From an uncultured Candidatus Saccharibacteria bacterium (GTDB lineage: Bacteria; Patescibacteriota; Doudnabacteria; UBA920): a stretch of 64,000 nt of DNA. Under the pieces are notes generated by a model. It saw only the letters and a list, made by a program, of their open reading frames with translations. It made no database searches and was not told the origin of the DNA. Positions 20,706 to 30,228 of this stretch are shown piece by piece; the stretch's first letter is position 1; each line of letters begins with the position of its first letter. The position numbers were made by a program, and so were the translations under genes. Location of the stretch: assembly GCA_964617815.1 (NCBI GenBank), contig CAZTXY010000002.1, positions 39,343 through 103,342 on the forward strand, written 5' to 3'.

Positions 20706-22043
20706 ATGCTCAAGATTAAAAACTTTCTTCGCAATATTATTCCAAGGCAACTGTTTAAACTTGCGCAGCCATATTATCACGGCTTAATTGCTACTTTTGC
20801 CAATTTGTATTTCGGTGGGCCTTCGAAAAAACTCATTGTCATTGGTGTGACTGGCACTAACGGCAAAAGCACAACCGTTAATTTGATTGCGAAAATTTTG
20901 GAAGAGGCCGGACACAAAACAGGTTTAATTTCCACAGTCAATTTTAAAGTTGATGACTCAGAGCAACTCAATGATATGAAGATGACCACTCCTTCAGGCT
21001 GGTTACTGCAACAATGGCTAGCAAAGATGGTAGAGAATAAATTCGAGTACGCGGTTTTAGAAATTTCAAGTCAAGGGTTAGAGCAAAATCGGCACTTAGG
21101 AATTGAGTTTGATGTTGTTGTATTTACCAACTTAACACCTGAGCATATTGAAGCGCATGGTGGTTTTGAGCGCTACAAGCTTGCAAAAGCTAAGCTTTTT
21201 GCAAGCTTGAGCAAGTATAAAGTTAGAAAGATAAAGTTGAAAGTAAATTCAGGACTCAAAAAGACGATCGTTTATAACGCTGATGATTTACATGGAATGT
21301 ACTATAGCGATTTTCCTGCCGAACAAAAAATCAGCTACGGCATAAATAACACTGCCAACCTCCAAGCACTTGATACAGCCTATTCTCCATCGGGAATTAA
21401 CTTTATACTTTCTACTTTAACCTTTCACCTTCAACTCAAAGGCAAATTTGATATCTACAACGCCTTAGCCGCAATTGCTACTACTAATTCGCTGGATATT
21501 GATTTGGGGGTTGCTAAACGTGCCTTGGAAAAAATTCAGTTAATCCCAGGGCGCATGGAAGTAATTCAAGACAAACCATTTACGGTGCTTATAGACTACG
21601 CGCCTGAGCCATATTCTTTGCAGGCGCTCTATGACACCATCTCAGTCTGGCCAAAAAATAAGCTTATCCATATTTTAGGAAGCACTGGTGGAGGACGCGA
21701 TGTCGCACGCAGAAAAATCTTAGGACAGATGGCAGGGAAAACTGCAGATATTGTAATTGTCACCAATGAAGATCCCTACGACGACGATCCACAAGAAATA
21801 ATTCATCAGGTTGCAGATGGAGCAGTCAGTAGCGGTAAAGTCATTAAAGAAAACCTGTTTCGAAATCCAGACAGACGAGGCGCAATTGCCAAAGCTTTTT
21901 CTCTTGCCAAAGAAGGAGACCTGGTTTTAATAACAGGCAAAGGCTCCGAGCAAAAAATGGCGGTTAGCGGTGGTAACTACATTGACTGGGATGATCGAAA
22001 AGTAGCGCGGGAAGAATTACAAAAACTAGGCTCTAATTCCTAA
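20706..22043 (+). CDS. murE: Mur ligase MurE
   Basis: GVTGTNGKST, MTTP, EISSQGL, FTNLTPEH, PGRME, ITGKGSE. Confidence 0.88.
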   Translation: MLKIKNFLRNIIPRQLFKLAQPYYHGLIATFANLYFGGPSKKLIVIGVTGTNGKSTTVNLIAKILEEAGHKTGLISTVNFKVDDSEQLNDMKMTTPSGWLLQQWLAKMVENKFEYAVLEISSQGLEQNRHLGIEFDVVVFTNLTPEHIEAHGGFERYKLAKAKLFASLSKYKVRKIKLKVNSGLKKTIVYNADDLHGMYYSDFPAEQKISYGINNTANLQALDTAYSPSGINFILSTLTFHLQLKGKFDIYNALAAIATTNSLDIDLGVAKRALEKIQLIPGRMEVIQDKPFTVLIDYAPEPYSLQALYDTISVWPKNKLIHILGSTGGGRDVARRKILGQMAGKTADIVIVTNEDPYDDDPQEIIHQVADGAVSSGKVIKENLFRNPDRRGAIAKAFSLAKEGDLVLITGKGSEQKMAVSGGNYIDWDDRKVAREELQKLGSNS

Positions 22044-22127
22044 TTACTAATATCTGATATCTAATTAAAGTTTCAATTTTCAAATTTAAGCATTTTATTA
22101 GAAATTAGTAACTAGATATTCGAAATT
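22031..22127. repeat. Inverted pair of heptamer arrays at murE-tsaB junction
   Basis: CTCTAAT TCCTAAT TACTAAT ATCTGAT ATCTAAT ... ATTAGAA ATTAGTA ACTAGAT ATTCGAA ATT. Confidence 0.75.
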
Positions 22128-22135
22128 TAAAATCT

Positions 22136-22516
22136 ATGATCCTATTTCTCGATACAACTGACTTTAATTCTATGCACTTAGCACTTATAGACAAAACAAT
22201 TATCGCTGAGCATGTTTTTGCTATTTCGTATAATGAAAACTATAAAACTTTAGACTTCATTGCCAAATTTTTATCCAAGCATAAAATGCTAAATACTAAA
22301 CACCAAGCACTTACTAAAATTATTGTCAGCAGTGGTCCAGGATCATTTACTGGCACACGTGTTGGCATCACTCTTGCTGGGGCGCTTGGCTTTTCCTGGA
22401 AAATTCCTGTCTCAGCAATCCCAAAAAATAAAATTCCAAAAGACCTAGACCGTCTAACCTCTATCAAAACCAGTCCAAAACTAACCATCGCCTACGCCCC
22501 ATCAAAATTCGACTAA
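22136..22516 (+). CDS. tsaB: TsaB, N-terminal domain only
   Basis: ILFLDT start and GPGSFTGTRVG motif; 126 aa. Confidence 0.85.
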   Translation: MILFLDTTDFNSMHLALIDKTIIAEHVFAISYNENYKTLDFIAKFLSKHKMLNTKHQALTKIIVSSGPGSFTGTRVGITLAGALGFSWKIPVSAIPKNKIPKDLDRLTSIKTSPKLTIAYAPSKFD

Positions 22517-22592
22517 AAAATCTTTATCTTTTCTTTATCTGTCATATGGTAGGCTACCTGTGATATAATATTAATCATCTAACAATAACCAT

Positions 22593-22835
22593 ATGTCAGA
22601 CATAAATTTCCAACCAGTTTTTGACTATATTGATCAAAATAATCAAGTTCTTGGAGAACAAATCCTTGGTCATGTAGATGAACAGCTTAGAGAAGTCAAA
22701 ACATCTATTGATAATCTCTCGAGCCAAGTCAAAACATATCATGAAGAAATGCTAATAAGTGGCCATCGCTTAGACCGACTCGAAGGCTGGGGAAAAATCG
22801 TGAGTACCAAAATTAATGTTCCACTTAAATTTTAA
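22593..22835 (+). CDS. Small coiled-coil hypothetical protein
   Basis: 80-aa helical ORF with upstream TATAAT and downstream terminator. Confidence 0.7.
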   Translation: MSDINFQPVFDYIDQNNQVLGEQILGHVDEQLREVKTSIDNLSSQVKTYHEEMLISGHRLDRLEGWGKIVSTKINVPLKF

Positions 22836-22840
22836 ATTCC

Positions 22841-22881
22841 TTATCAAAAAGCCTGTCTTAGTAAGACAGGCTTTTTGATAA
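22841..22881. terminator. Bidirectional terminator (20-bp arms)
   Basis: TTATCAAAAAGCCTGTCTTA-G-TAAGACAGGCTTTTTGATAA. Confidence 0.8.
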
Positions 22882-22883
22882 AC

Positions 22884-23624
22884 TTATTCTTCTAATTTAA
22901 AGCGCCAGATAACGAGCAACAGCATAACTATCAACCAACCAGTCAGGACGGCAAAATTTATCCAGACATCATGCCAGGCAAACGGATACAAATAAACTTT
23001 ACGAAAGGCGTCGGCTAAATAAGTAATGGGTAAAACTTTAGCAAAGTACTGTACCGCTTCAGGCAATTTCTCAATTGGAAAAAAAATATTACCAAGTGCA
23101 GTGAGGGGCAAGCCAATACCTGCAGTAATTGGCGCGGCTGTTTCGTATGTTTTAGCCAGAGAGGAGATCCATAAACCAAGTAGCAGAAAAATGCTACCAC
23201 CAAGTAAAGTTAATATTAAAATTGCTAAAATATTCCAGGCGAAAATGACTTTAAAAACTAAAAGCCCAATTACAGTCAAAATGATTATTTGTAGGAGCAT
23301 CACTAGAAGTCTTGAGGCCACTACCGAAAGCGCCATTTCATAGGCTTTTATCGGTGTAACTAAAAATCGTTTTATCACTCCCCTGCTTTTTAAATCCACC
23401 ATCCAATAAGCTAAACCATAAATTCCCCCGGTCATAATCACATAGGCTATCATCCCGGGGAGTAAAAATGATGCATAAGACTCTTTAGTGCCAATAAGTC
23501 GGTCAATTGGCACAAATGACAAGCCGACATAAAAACCCACTGGCATAGCAATAGTCCAAAACAACGCCGCAGGATTGCGGTATAATAACTTCAAATTTAT
23601 ATTCAATAAAGCAAAGAAAGACAT
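22884..23624 (-). CDS. ABC-2 type transporter permease
   Basis: Six TM helices; YASFLLPGM, FFPIEKLP, LPITY. Confidence 0.9.
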   Translation of the reverse strand: MSFFALLNINLKLLYRNPAALFWTIAMPVGFYVGLSFVPIDRLIGTKESYASFLLPGMIAYVIMTGGIYGLAYWMVDLKSRGVIKRFLVTPIKAYEMALSVVASRLLVMLLQIIILTVIGLLVFKVIFAWNILAILILTLLGGSIFLLLGLWISSLAKTYETAAPITAGIGLPLTALGNIFFPIEKLPEAVQYFAKVLPITYLADAFRKVYLYPFAWHDVWINFAVLTGWLIVMLLLVIWRFKLEE

Positions 23625-23625
23625 T

Positions 23626-24573
23626 TTAGTTATCTACCTCCAACTCTATACCAGTTAAGTCTAAATAAACATCTTCGAGAGTTGCAGTCTTCACGGTAAA
23701 ACCACTAAACTCTATTTTATTATTTTTTAAAACCTCTATAATCACGGCGATGTGCTGCAGGCTGTTGATCTCTAAAATAACTTTGGGATAGTTGCTGTAA
23801 ACTTTCTCTACTTCTGGAAGGTCTTGCCAAAAACTGGCTTCAATTTCATTATTTGTAAAAAATGAAACCTGTGTAGTGTGAGAGAGTTCATCGATAAGCG
23901 AACGTGGATTGTCTATAACTAAAATTTGTCCTAGGCTCATAATCGCCACGCGGTTACATAAATACTCCGCCTCTTCCATATAGTGAGTGGTTAGCACAAT
24001 GGCAATTCCTCGGCTATTAATACTGCGGACGAGTTTCCAAATATCGCGACGGGCTCTAGGATCAAGACCGGTCGTTGGTTCATCAAGAAATAAAATTTTT
24101 GGCTCGTTAACCAAACTGCTTGCAATAGTGAAACGCTGTTTTTGTCCGCCAGACAAATTTTTTACCTGTTCACCAATTTTATCCTCTAAACCCACAAACG
24201 TCAGCAACTCCAAAGCATTTACTTTTCTGCCATAGAGCGCACCAAACATTTCCAATTGTTCCTTTAGAGACAAGAGTGGCAAATACTCACTGCTTTGAAG
24301 TTGCACACCAATCTGTTTTTTAACTTCCAATTGATGCATAGTAATGTCTAGACCCAGTACAGAAATTTTTCCTGAGCTTGCTTGTTTTAAACCTTCCAGA
24401 ATTTCAAGAGTCGTAGTTTTCCCTGCTCCATTTGGTCCAAGAATTCCAAAAATTTCACCAGGATGAACCCTAAAAGAGACGCCTTTTACCGCGTCAAAGG
24501 TTTTCTGGCCGTTTTTAGACTTTGCTAATTTGTAAGTTTTAACTAATTCCTCTACTTCAATAACTGATTGCAT
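23626..24573 (-). CDS. ABC transporter ATP-binding protein (DrrA-like)
   Basis: GPNGAGKTT, LSGGQKQR, LDEPTTGLDP, TTHYMEEAE; start moved to MQSVIEV. Confidence 0.93.
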   Translation of the reverse strand: MQSVIEVEELVKTYKLAKSKNGQKTFDAVKGVSFRVHPGEIFGILGPNGAGKTTTLEILEGLKQASSGKISVLGLDITMHQLEVKKQIGVQLQSSEYLPLLSLKEQLEMFGALYGRKVNALELLTFVGLEDKIGEQVKNLSGGQKQRFTIASSLVNEPKILFLDEPTTGLDPRARRDIWKLVRSINSRGIAIVLTTHYMEEAEYLCNRVAIMSLGQILVIDNPRSLIDELSHTTQVSFFTNNEIEASFWQDLPEVEKVYSNYPKVILEINSLQHIAVIIEVLKNNKIEFSGFTVKTATLEDVYLDLTGIELEVDN

Positions 24574-24651
24574 GAAATAATTATAAGCAAAAGTCATAAG
24601 GTAGGCAATGGGCTTTTTGTTTTAACAAGTTTTAAACGCTATACTTAGCTA

Positions 24652-26700
24652 ATGGATTTCAAATTACAAACAAAATACAAACCAGCCGGAGACCAACCCA
24701 AGGCCATTGCTGGACTCCTGGCTTCACTTAGCGCTGGCTACAAACACCAAACCCTGCTCGGCGTAACCGGAAGCGGCAAGACTTTTACCATGGCCAATAT
24801 TGTAAGCGAGATCCAAAAACCTACCTTGATAATTTGCCACAACAAAACCCTAGCCGCACAATTGGCGAGTGAATTCCAAGAGTATTTTCCTGACAATGCC
24901 GTGCACTACTTTGTCAGTTACTACGACTACTATCAACCAGAGGCCTACCTCCCCCGAAGTGATACCTATATAGAAAAAGATACTCAAATCAATGAAGAGA
25001 TTGATCGACTCCGAAATGCAGCCACTCAGTCGCTATTGTCGCGCAAGGATGTTTTGATAGTCGCATCAGTCTCCTGTATTTACGGTTTGGGGAATCCGGA
25101 TAACTATTTAGAACTATCGCTCAATATCAAAAAAGGGCAAAGCCTCAAACGCGACAAACTGCTCAGGCGCCTCACAGACTTGCAATTTAAAAGAAATGAC
25201 TACGACCTGCATCGTGCCACTTTTCGTCTTCACGGCGATGTCTTAGAAATCGTCTTGGCAAGCGAAGACACAATTATTCGTCTGGACTTTGATGGTGATG
25301 ATGTTGAAAAAATTCAGCGCCTCCATTTAATTACAAGCGAAGCTCTAGAAGAACTCGATGAGATTACAATCTTTCCTGCCAAACATTTTGTCACTCCAGA
25401 GGATAAACTCCATGGCGCAATGGATAACATTCGGGCTGAGCTCGCAGACAGATTGAAGGAACTAAAAGGGCAGGGCAAGCTGGTGGAAGCCCAGCGCTTA
25501 GAGCAACGCACTAACTTTGATCTTGAAATGCTGTCGAACACCGGCTTTGTCGCCGGCGTCGAAAATTACTCGCGCCAACTTGATGGCCGAAACCCCGGCG
25601 ACCCCCCTTCAACCTTAATTGATTATTTTCCAGATGACTTTTTACTTTTTATAGACGAGTCTCACCAAACTGTCTCACAAATTGGCGCCATGTTTGAAGG
25701 TGATAAATCGCGTAAAACAACTTTAGTGGACTATGGCTTTCGTCTTCCCAGTGCGATGGACAATCGTCCTTTGAAATTTACGGAATTTGAAGGGAAAATA
25801 AATCAAGTGGTTTATGTTTCCGCAACCCCTTCTGTCTATGAACTTAAAAAAAGTTTGTTAGAAAATGAAAACAAAAAACTGAAAAAAATCCCAACTCCTG
25901 AAAAATTAAAAAGTATAACTGTACTAGAGCAAATTAACCGCCCCACTGGCCTTCTGGATCCGACCATTGAAATTCAGCCAATAAAAAATCAGGTTGACCA
26001 CCTCTTAGAGCAGATTAAAGAGCGAATCTCCCGACACCAACGCGTCCTTGTGACTACACTTTCCAAACGCATGTCCGAAGAACTGACCGAGTACATTAAG
26101 GAAGCTGGGATTAAAGCACAGTACCTGCACTCAGAAGTCGAAACCTTTGATCGTTTGGAAATTTTACGCGATCTTCGGCTCGGCGTGTTTGATGTTGTCG
26201 TTGGAATTAACCTGCTTCGTGAAGGCCTTGATCTTCCGGAAGTTTCACTCGTCGCAATTTTGGATGCAGATAAAGAAGGTTTCTTGCGCAGCGAAACATC
26301 GTTCATGCAAATTATGGGACGCGGAGCTAGGCACTTAAATGGGCATGTGATTATGTATGCCGACCGGATTACCAAATCCATGCAAGCTGCAATTGACGAA
26401 ACCACTCGAAGACGCAAGGTACAAGAAGCTTACAACACCAAGCATGGCATTACCCCAGAAAGTATTCAAAAGAAAATTGCCGAAAGCAGGCTGTCTGGTG
26501 CAAAAGTTGAACAAGAACAAGAAAACAAAATTAGAGAAGTTGACGTCTCACGAATGAAGCCAGACGAGTTAAAGTATTATGTTGATGAATTAAACGACCA
26601 AATGGACTTAGCTGCGAGAAATTTGGAATTTGAACTGGCCGCTACGCTTCGGGACAAGATAGAAGAAGTGAGAAAACTCCGCAAACTCAAAAAGAAATAA
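24652..26700 (+). CDS. uvrB: Excinuclease ABC subunit B
   Basis: PAGDQP, GVTGSGKT, YYDYYQPEAY, DESH, GINLLREGLDLPEV, C-terminal UVR domain. Confidence 0.98.
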   Translation: MDFKLQTKYKPAGDQPKAIAGLLASLSAGYKHQTLLGVTGSGKTFTMANIVSEIQKPTLIICHNKTLAAQLASEFQEYFPDNAVHYFVSYYDYYQPEAYLPRSDTYIEKDTQINEEIDRLRNAATQSLLSRKDVLIVASVSCIYGLGNPDNYLELSLNIKKGQSLKRDKLLRRLTDLQFKRNDYDLHRATFRLHGDVLEIVLASEDTIIRLDFDGDDVEKIQRLHLITSEALEELDEITIFPAKHFVTPEDKLHGAMDNIRAELADRLKELKGQGKLVEAQRLEQRTNFDLEMLSNTGFVAGVENYSRQLDGRNPGDPPSTLIDYFPDDFLLFIDESHQTVSQIGAMFEGDKSRKTTLVDYGFRLPSAMDNRPLKFTEFEGKINQVVYVSATPSVYELKKSLLENENKKLKKIPTPEKLKSITVLEQINRPTGLLDPTIEIQPIKNQVDHLLEQIKERISRHQRVLVTTLSKRMSEELTEYIKEAGIKAQYLHSEVETFDRLEILRDLRLGVFDVVVGINLLREGLDLPEVSLVAILDADKEGFLRSETSFMQIMGRGARHLNGHVIMYADRITKSMQAAIDETTRRRKVQEAYNTKHGITPESIQKKIAESRLSGAKVEQEQENKIREVDVSRMKPDELKYYVDELNDQMDLAARNLEFELAATLRDKIEEVRKLRKLKKK

Positions 26701-26828
26701 AACTTAGGCTATCACCCCAGACCTAATCGGCATTCTATGCAGGCTTGCTTTTTCCGCCAATATCTACTATAATTGATTAACCGTGTTCAAGTTCTGTTAT
26801 CTATTCACTAATTTATATTTTCTAACTC

Positions 26829-27095
26829 ATGCCCAACACTAAATCTGCTGCCAAAGCCATGCGCCAAGCAGCACGTCGCAAAGTCTACAACATCAAGACC
26901 AAGGACAAGTTTAAGTCCGCAGTCAAAACAGTTCGCAAAGATATTACTGCTGGTGACAAATCTCTAGCAGAATCAAACTTGAAACTTGCTATGTCCACGT
27001 TGGATAAAGCAGTAAAAAAAGGTGTTATTCATAAAAACACAGCAAGCCGCAGAAAATCTCGTTTAGCAAAAGCAATTGGAAAACTCGCCAAGTAG
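26829..27095 (+). CDS. rpsT: 30S ribosomal protein S20
   Basis: MPNTKSAAKAMRQ...LDKAVKKGVIHKNTASRRKSRL. Confidence 0.97.
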   Translation: MPNTKSAAKAMRQAARRKVYNIKTKDKFKSAVKTVRKDITAGDKSLAESNLKLAMSTLDKAVKKGVIHKNTASRRKSRLAKAIGKLAK

Positions 27096-27107
27096 GCGAG
27101 TTTTTTT
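27081..27107 (+). terminator. Intrinsic terminator overlapping rpsT stop
   Basis: CTCGCC-AAGTA-GGCGAG followed by T7. Confidence 0.8.
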
Positions 27108-27143
27108 GTTGCATAAAAATAAAACTGACTTCATACTATTTCT

Positions 27144-28472
27144 ATGCCATTAGCGACAATAAAAAAATATTGGGTTTTCCTGCTGGCTCTATTAACCATA
27201 GTGACTGCTCGGCTCATACAAATTACTATCCAACCCCCAAGTCTAACTGGATATGACTACGGCTTTTATCGTTTTAGCACAATGCACCCAAACCCAGCAT
27301 CTTTAAAACATTTTATGACTGGAGTCTTTGGTGGCTTTGACCACATCATACTTGCCTTAATTGGACAACTTGGATACGTTGACCTTTTTCTAGTTGGATC
27401 CATAACCCTGTGGTCAATTCTAACTGGCTGGCTAATGTATTTAGTCTGTAAACCTTATGGCAAAAAGTCTGCTATTTATGCGTTAGTGTTGTTAACTTTT
27501 TCTCTGGCCCAAAGCCAAGTTATTACTTCTTTTCTTTGGAAAACTGCAATTGGCCTTCCTCTCTTACTAATCTTTATATTTTCCATTCAAAAGAAAAATT
27601 ATTTTCTTACCGTTGCATCTGTACTCGGGTTAATAATCTCACACACAACATCTCTACTAATAACAACTCTGGTAACTTTACACTACTGTTTAAAATTAGT
27701 TTTCAAAAAAAATGTAATAACGCTATTTATTGTTGTTATATTGACAGTGTTGGGAATTGTTCTGGTTTATTTAAACCAAGACTTAGTCAATTCACTTTTA
27801 CACTTCCCAAACCCTGCTGCATATCAAGGCATTTTTCTTGACCCTTGGTACTACCTACAAAGACAATGGCCAATAATTATTTCTGCCATATTTGGTCTAA
27901 TAATTTTTTATAGAAAAAACTATTCTTCATCATTTAGTACTTTGTTAATTATAAGCTTTCTATGGATTTGCTGTTTTATGCCTTTCAATCAAAGAGTCGT
28001 CCTCTATTTTGACTTAGCAGCTATTTTCTTTGCCAGTTTTGCACTAACCCAAATTCCTAAAAAATACTATCTAAATATTTTAATCCCTGGAATTATAATT
28101 TTGTATTCGGTAGGAGCATGGTGGTTACAAATCAACTCCAACCCACCTCTAATTACTGAAGCTGAAATAATAGAAATAGAAAATTTTAAACCACAAACTT
28201 CTGGAGGCTTTCTGCTTGCCATAGATGCCAATGATGCACCATGGCTTTTGGGCTATGCAAACAATCTTCGGTTAGGCGCGCCAGGGCTATTCGAGGATAA
28301 GCACAATCAAGAGGCTTGGGAAAAATTCTGGGATAACCAAAATCCCATTGAATTTTTAAACACTTTCCCACAACCGTTATTTATATATTCTCGGAGTAGT
28401 ATTATACCGGAAACTGCTTACCCATGTTTATCACAACTCAGTCAAAACATTTGGGAATACGACTGTAATTAA
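27144..28472 (+). CDS. Polytopic membrane protein, probable GT-C fold glycosyltransferase
   Basis: About 11 TM helices, GYDYGFY acidic loop after TM1, soluble C-terminal domain. Confidence 0.6.
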   Translation: MPLATIKKYWVFLLALLTIVTARLIQITIQPPSLTGYDYGFYRFSTMHPNPASLKHFMTGVFGGFDHIILALIGQLGYVDLFLVGSITLWSILTGWLMYLVCKPYGKKSAIYALVLLTFSLAQSQVITSFLWKTAIGLPLLLIFIFSIQKKNYFLTVASVLGLIISHTTSLLITTLVTLHYCLKLVFKKNVITLFIVVILTVLGIVLVYLNQDLVNSLLHFPNPAAYQGIFLDPWYYLQRQWPIIISAIFGLIIFYRKNYSSSFSTLLIISFLWICCFMPFNQRVVLYFDLAAIFFASFALTQIPKKYYLNILIPGIIILYSVGAWWLQINSNPPLITEAEIIEIENFKPQTSGGFLLAIDANDAPWLLGYANNLRLGAPGLFEDKHNQEAWEKFWDNQNPIEFLNTFPQPLFIYSRSSIIPETAYPCLSQLSQNIWEYDCN

Positions 28473-28507
28473 AAAAACTCCTCCGACTTTGGAGGAGTTT
28501 TTTAATT
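28467..28507. terminator. Bidirectional intrinsic terminator
   Basis: A7-CTCCTCC-GACTTT-GGAGGAG-T6. Confidence 0.85.
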
Positions 28508-28516
28508 CAACTAAAT

Positions 28517-28942
28517 TTAATTTTGGTAACCATATCCGCCACCTTTCACATAAATTGTGAAATTATCCTGGACAGTACGTCCATCAAGGGCGACACACTG
28601 AACCTCAAAACGCTGATTTTCTAGCAATGGCTTTGTAGTCACAGGAGTGCTTTGGGTCGAGGTCTGTGTCGTCCAACCATTAACAGCTCGACAAGATTTT
28701 GTATTTTTAGACTCCCACTTGAGATCCGCGGTTTTGCCCTTTGCAAGATACAATGGCCCTTGCCCAAAAGAAGCCTTACCACCAGTTTGCTTACCCAATA
28801 AAGTCACTGAAGCGTTTTGGTATCCGTAGGAGGCACCGCTCTCACTAGATCGCAGATTCCTATTATTCACTGCATACCACACAGCAACCCCAACCACCAA
28901 AACCAACACTACTACCAACCACATTAGTCTTTTGTTTCTCAT
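28517..28942 (-). CDS. Anchored protein with small Ig-like two-Cys domain
   Basis: N-terminal TM; LKWESKNTKSCRAVNGW...FEVQC pattern. Confidence 0.7.
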   Translation of the reverse strand: MRNKRLMWLVVVLVLVVGVAVWYAVNNRNLRSSESGASYGYQNASVTLLGKQTGGKASFGQGPLYLAKGKTADLKWESKNTKSCRAVNGWTTQTSTQSTPVTTKPLLENQRFEVQCVALDGRTVQDNFTIYVKGGGYGYQN

Positions 28943-28992
28943 ATTTCTTTAAATTAATTATGATTACAGTATAGCAAGTTTCTAAAAAAATA

Positions 28993-30006
28993 CTACTTTT
29001 TGGTAATTAAGCTCATCACCAAACTAACAAGCACTTCTTTTTGCTGTGGCTTACTCTCAGCGATTAATAGAGCTAAAGCAGTGAGCGCGCCATCAGAAAT
29101 TAAGCGCTCCCCTTTCTTATTATAGACTCGATGGTTTTCAATTAAGTACAACAAAAACAATAATGCGCCAATGCGTTTATTGCCGTCAGCAAATGGATGG
29201 TCTTTAATTGCAAAGTATAAAAGATGAGCAGCTTTTTCTTCCAAACTTTTATACAATTCTTTGCCGCCATAGGTTTGATCCAAGCTTCCGAGCACTGCAG
29301 AAAGCTTTTGACCAGATTCTTTGCCAAATAAATCTGTGGCTTGCTTGTCTTTTATTAACCGCTCTTTAAACTTCTCAATCGCGGGTTTCACTTGTTCGTA
29401 CTTAAGTCCACTAGATTTCTTGGTGACCAATGGAGTTTGAATATCGTTACGGTCATACTGATTCAGCAACACCCAAGTCTTAGTGTAGTCAGTAATTATA
29501 TGTAGTAAATCTTTTTCATAACCCTCGAGCCTTTTGTCTTCAATAGCCCCCTGTAATAAACTCACCGCCCCTTCCAGCTCTTTGAGTTTCGCCAAGCTTT
29601 CTTCTTTCAAACGCGCCTGATTAACCACAAAGCCTTTAAGAATATAATCGCGCAACTTCGTTGTCGCCCAAATACGAAACTGGGTACCGCGCTTGGAATT
29701 GACCCGATAGCCTACAGAAATAATCATATCCAGGTTATAGTATTCTATTTGACGCTCAACCGTGCGATCGCCCTCTTTTTGAACTGTTGCAAATTTTGCA
29801 ACAGTTGCTTTTTCGCTTAATTCTGCCTCTTTGTAGACATTTCTTATATGCTTGGAAACAACAGATTTATCACGATTGAATAAATCGGCTATTTGCTGCA
29901 AATTGAGCCAAACTGTCTCGCCCTGAAAACTAACCTGAACTTCTGGGCCTTCAGGATCCTTATAAATAACAATTTCGCCTAATTTTTGTTGGTTTTCCTG
30001 TGTCAT
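28993..30006 (-). CDS. RhuM-family domain fused to Fic/Doc domain
   Basis: ETVWLNLQQIADLF, YNLDMIISVGYRVNSKRGTQFRIWAT; Fic motif HPFADGNKR. Confidence 0.92.
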   Translation of the reverse strand: MTQENQQKLGEIVIYKDPEGPEVQVSFQGETVWLNLQQIADLFNRDKSVVSKHIRNVYKEAELSEKATVAKFATVQKEGDRTVERQIEYYNLDMIISVGYRVNSKRGTQFRIWATTKLRDYILKGFVVNQARLKEESLAKLKELEGAVSLLQGAIEDKRLEGYEKDLLHIITDYTKTWVLLNQYDRNDIQTPLVTKKSSGLKYEQVKPAIEKFKERLIKDKQATDLFGKESGQKLSAVLGSLDQTYGGKELYKSLEEKAAHLLYFAIKDHPFADGNKRIGALLFLLYLIENHRVYNKKGERLISDGALTALALLIAESKPQQKEVLVSLVMSLITKK

Positions 30007-30097
30007 ATATTTGATATTTAACTTGCCATAAGTGTAACATAAGGAAGATATCCGCCGAAGGCGGACTAAAGATTTTTATAAAAAATTTGGTTTTATT

Positions 30098-30130
30098 TAA
30101 GCCAATACCGGAATTTCCGGTATTGGCTTA
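30098..30130. repeat. Perfect 16-bp-arm palindrome
   Basis: TAAGCCAATACCGGAA-T-TTCCGGTATTGGCTTA. Confidence 0.8.
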
Positions 30131-30228
30131 TTTATGAGCATATTCCATTTTGGAACTATCTAGTTTTTTCGGGCAGTTCAGCTATATTAAAATTCCGAGT
30201 AACTGATTTCGATGTGCAATTTTTGCAC

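Noticed and set aside
29781-29806. Palindrome AACTGTTGCAAATTTTGCAACAGTT in rhuM
   Set aside because: Encodes the TVAKFATV segment typical of RhuM proteins; no evidence of an independent element
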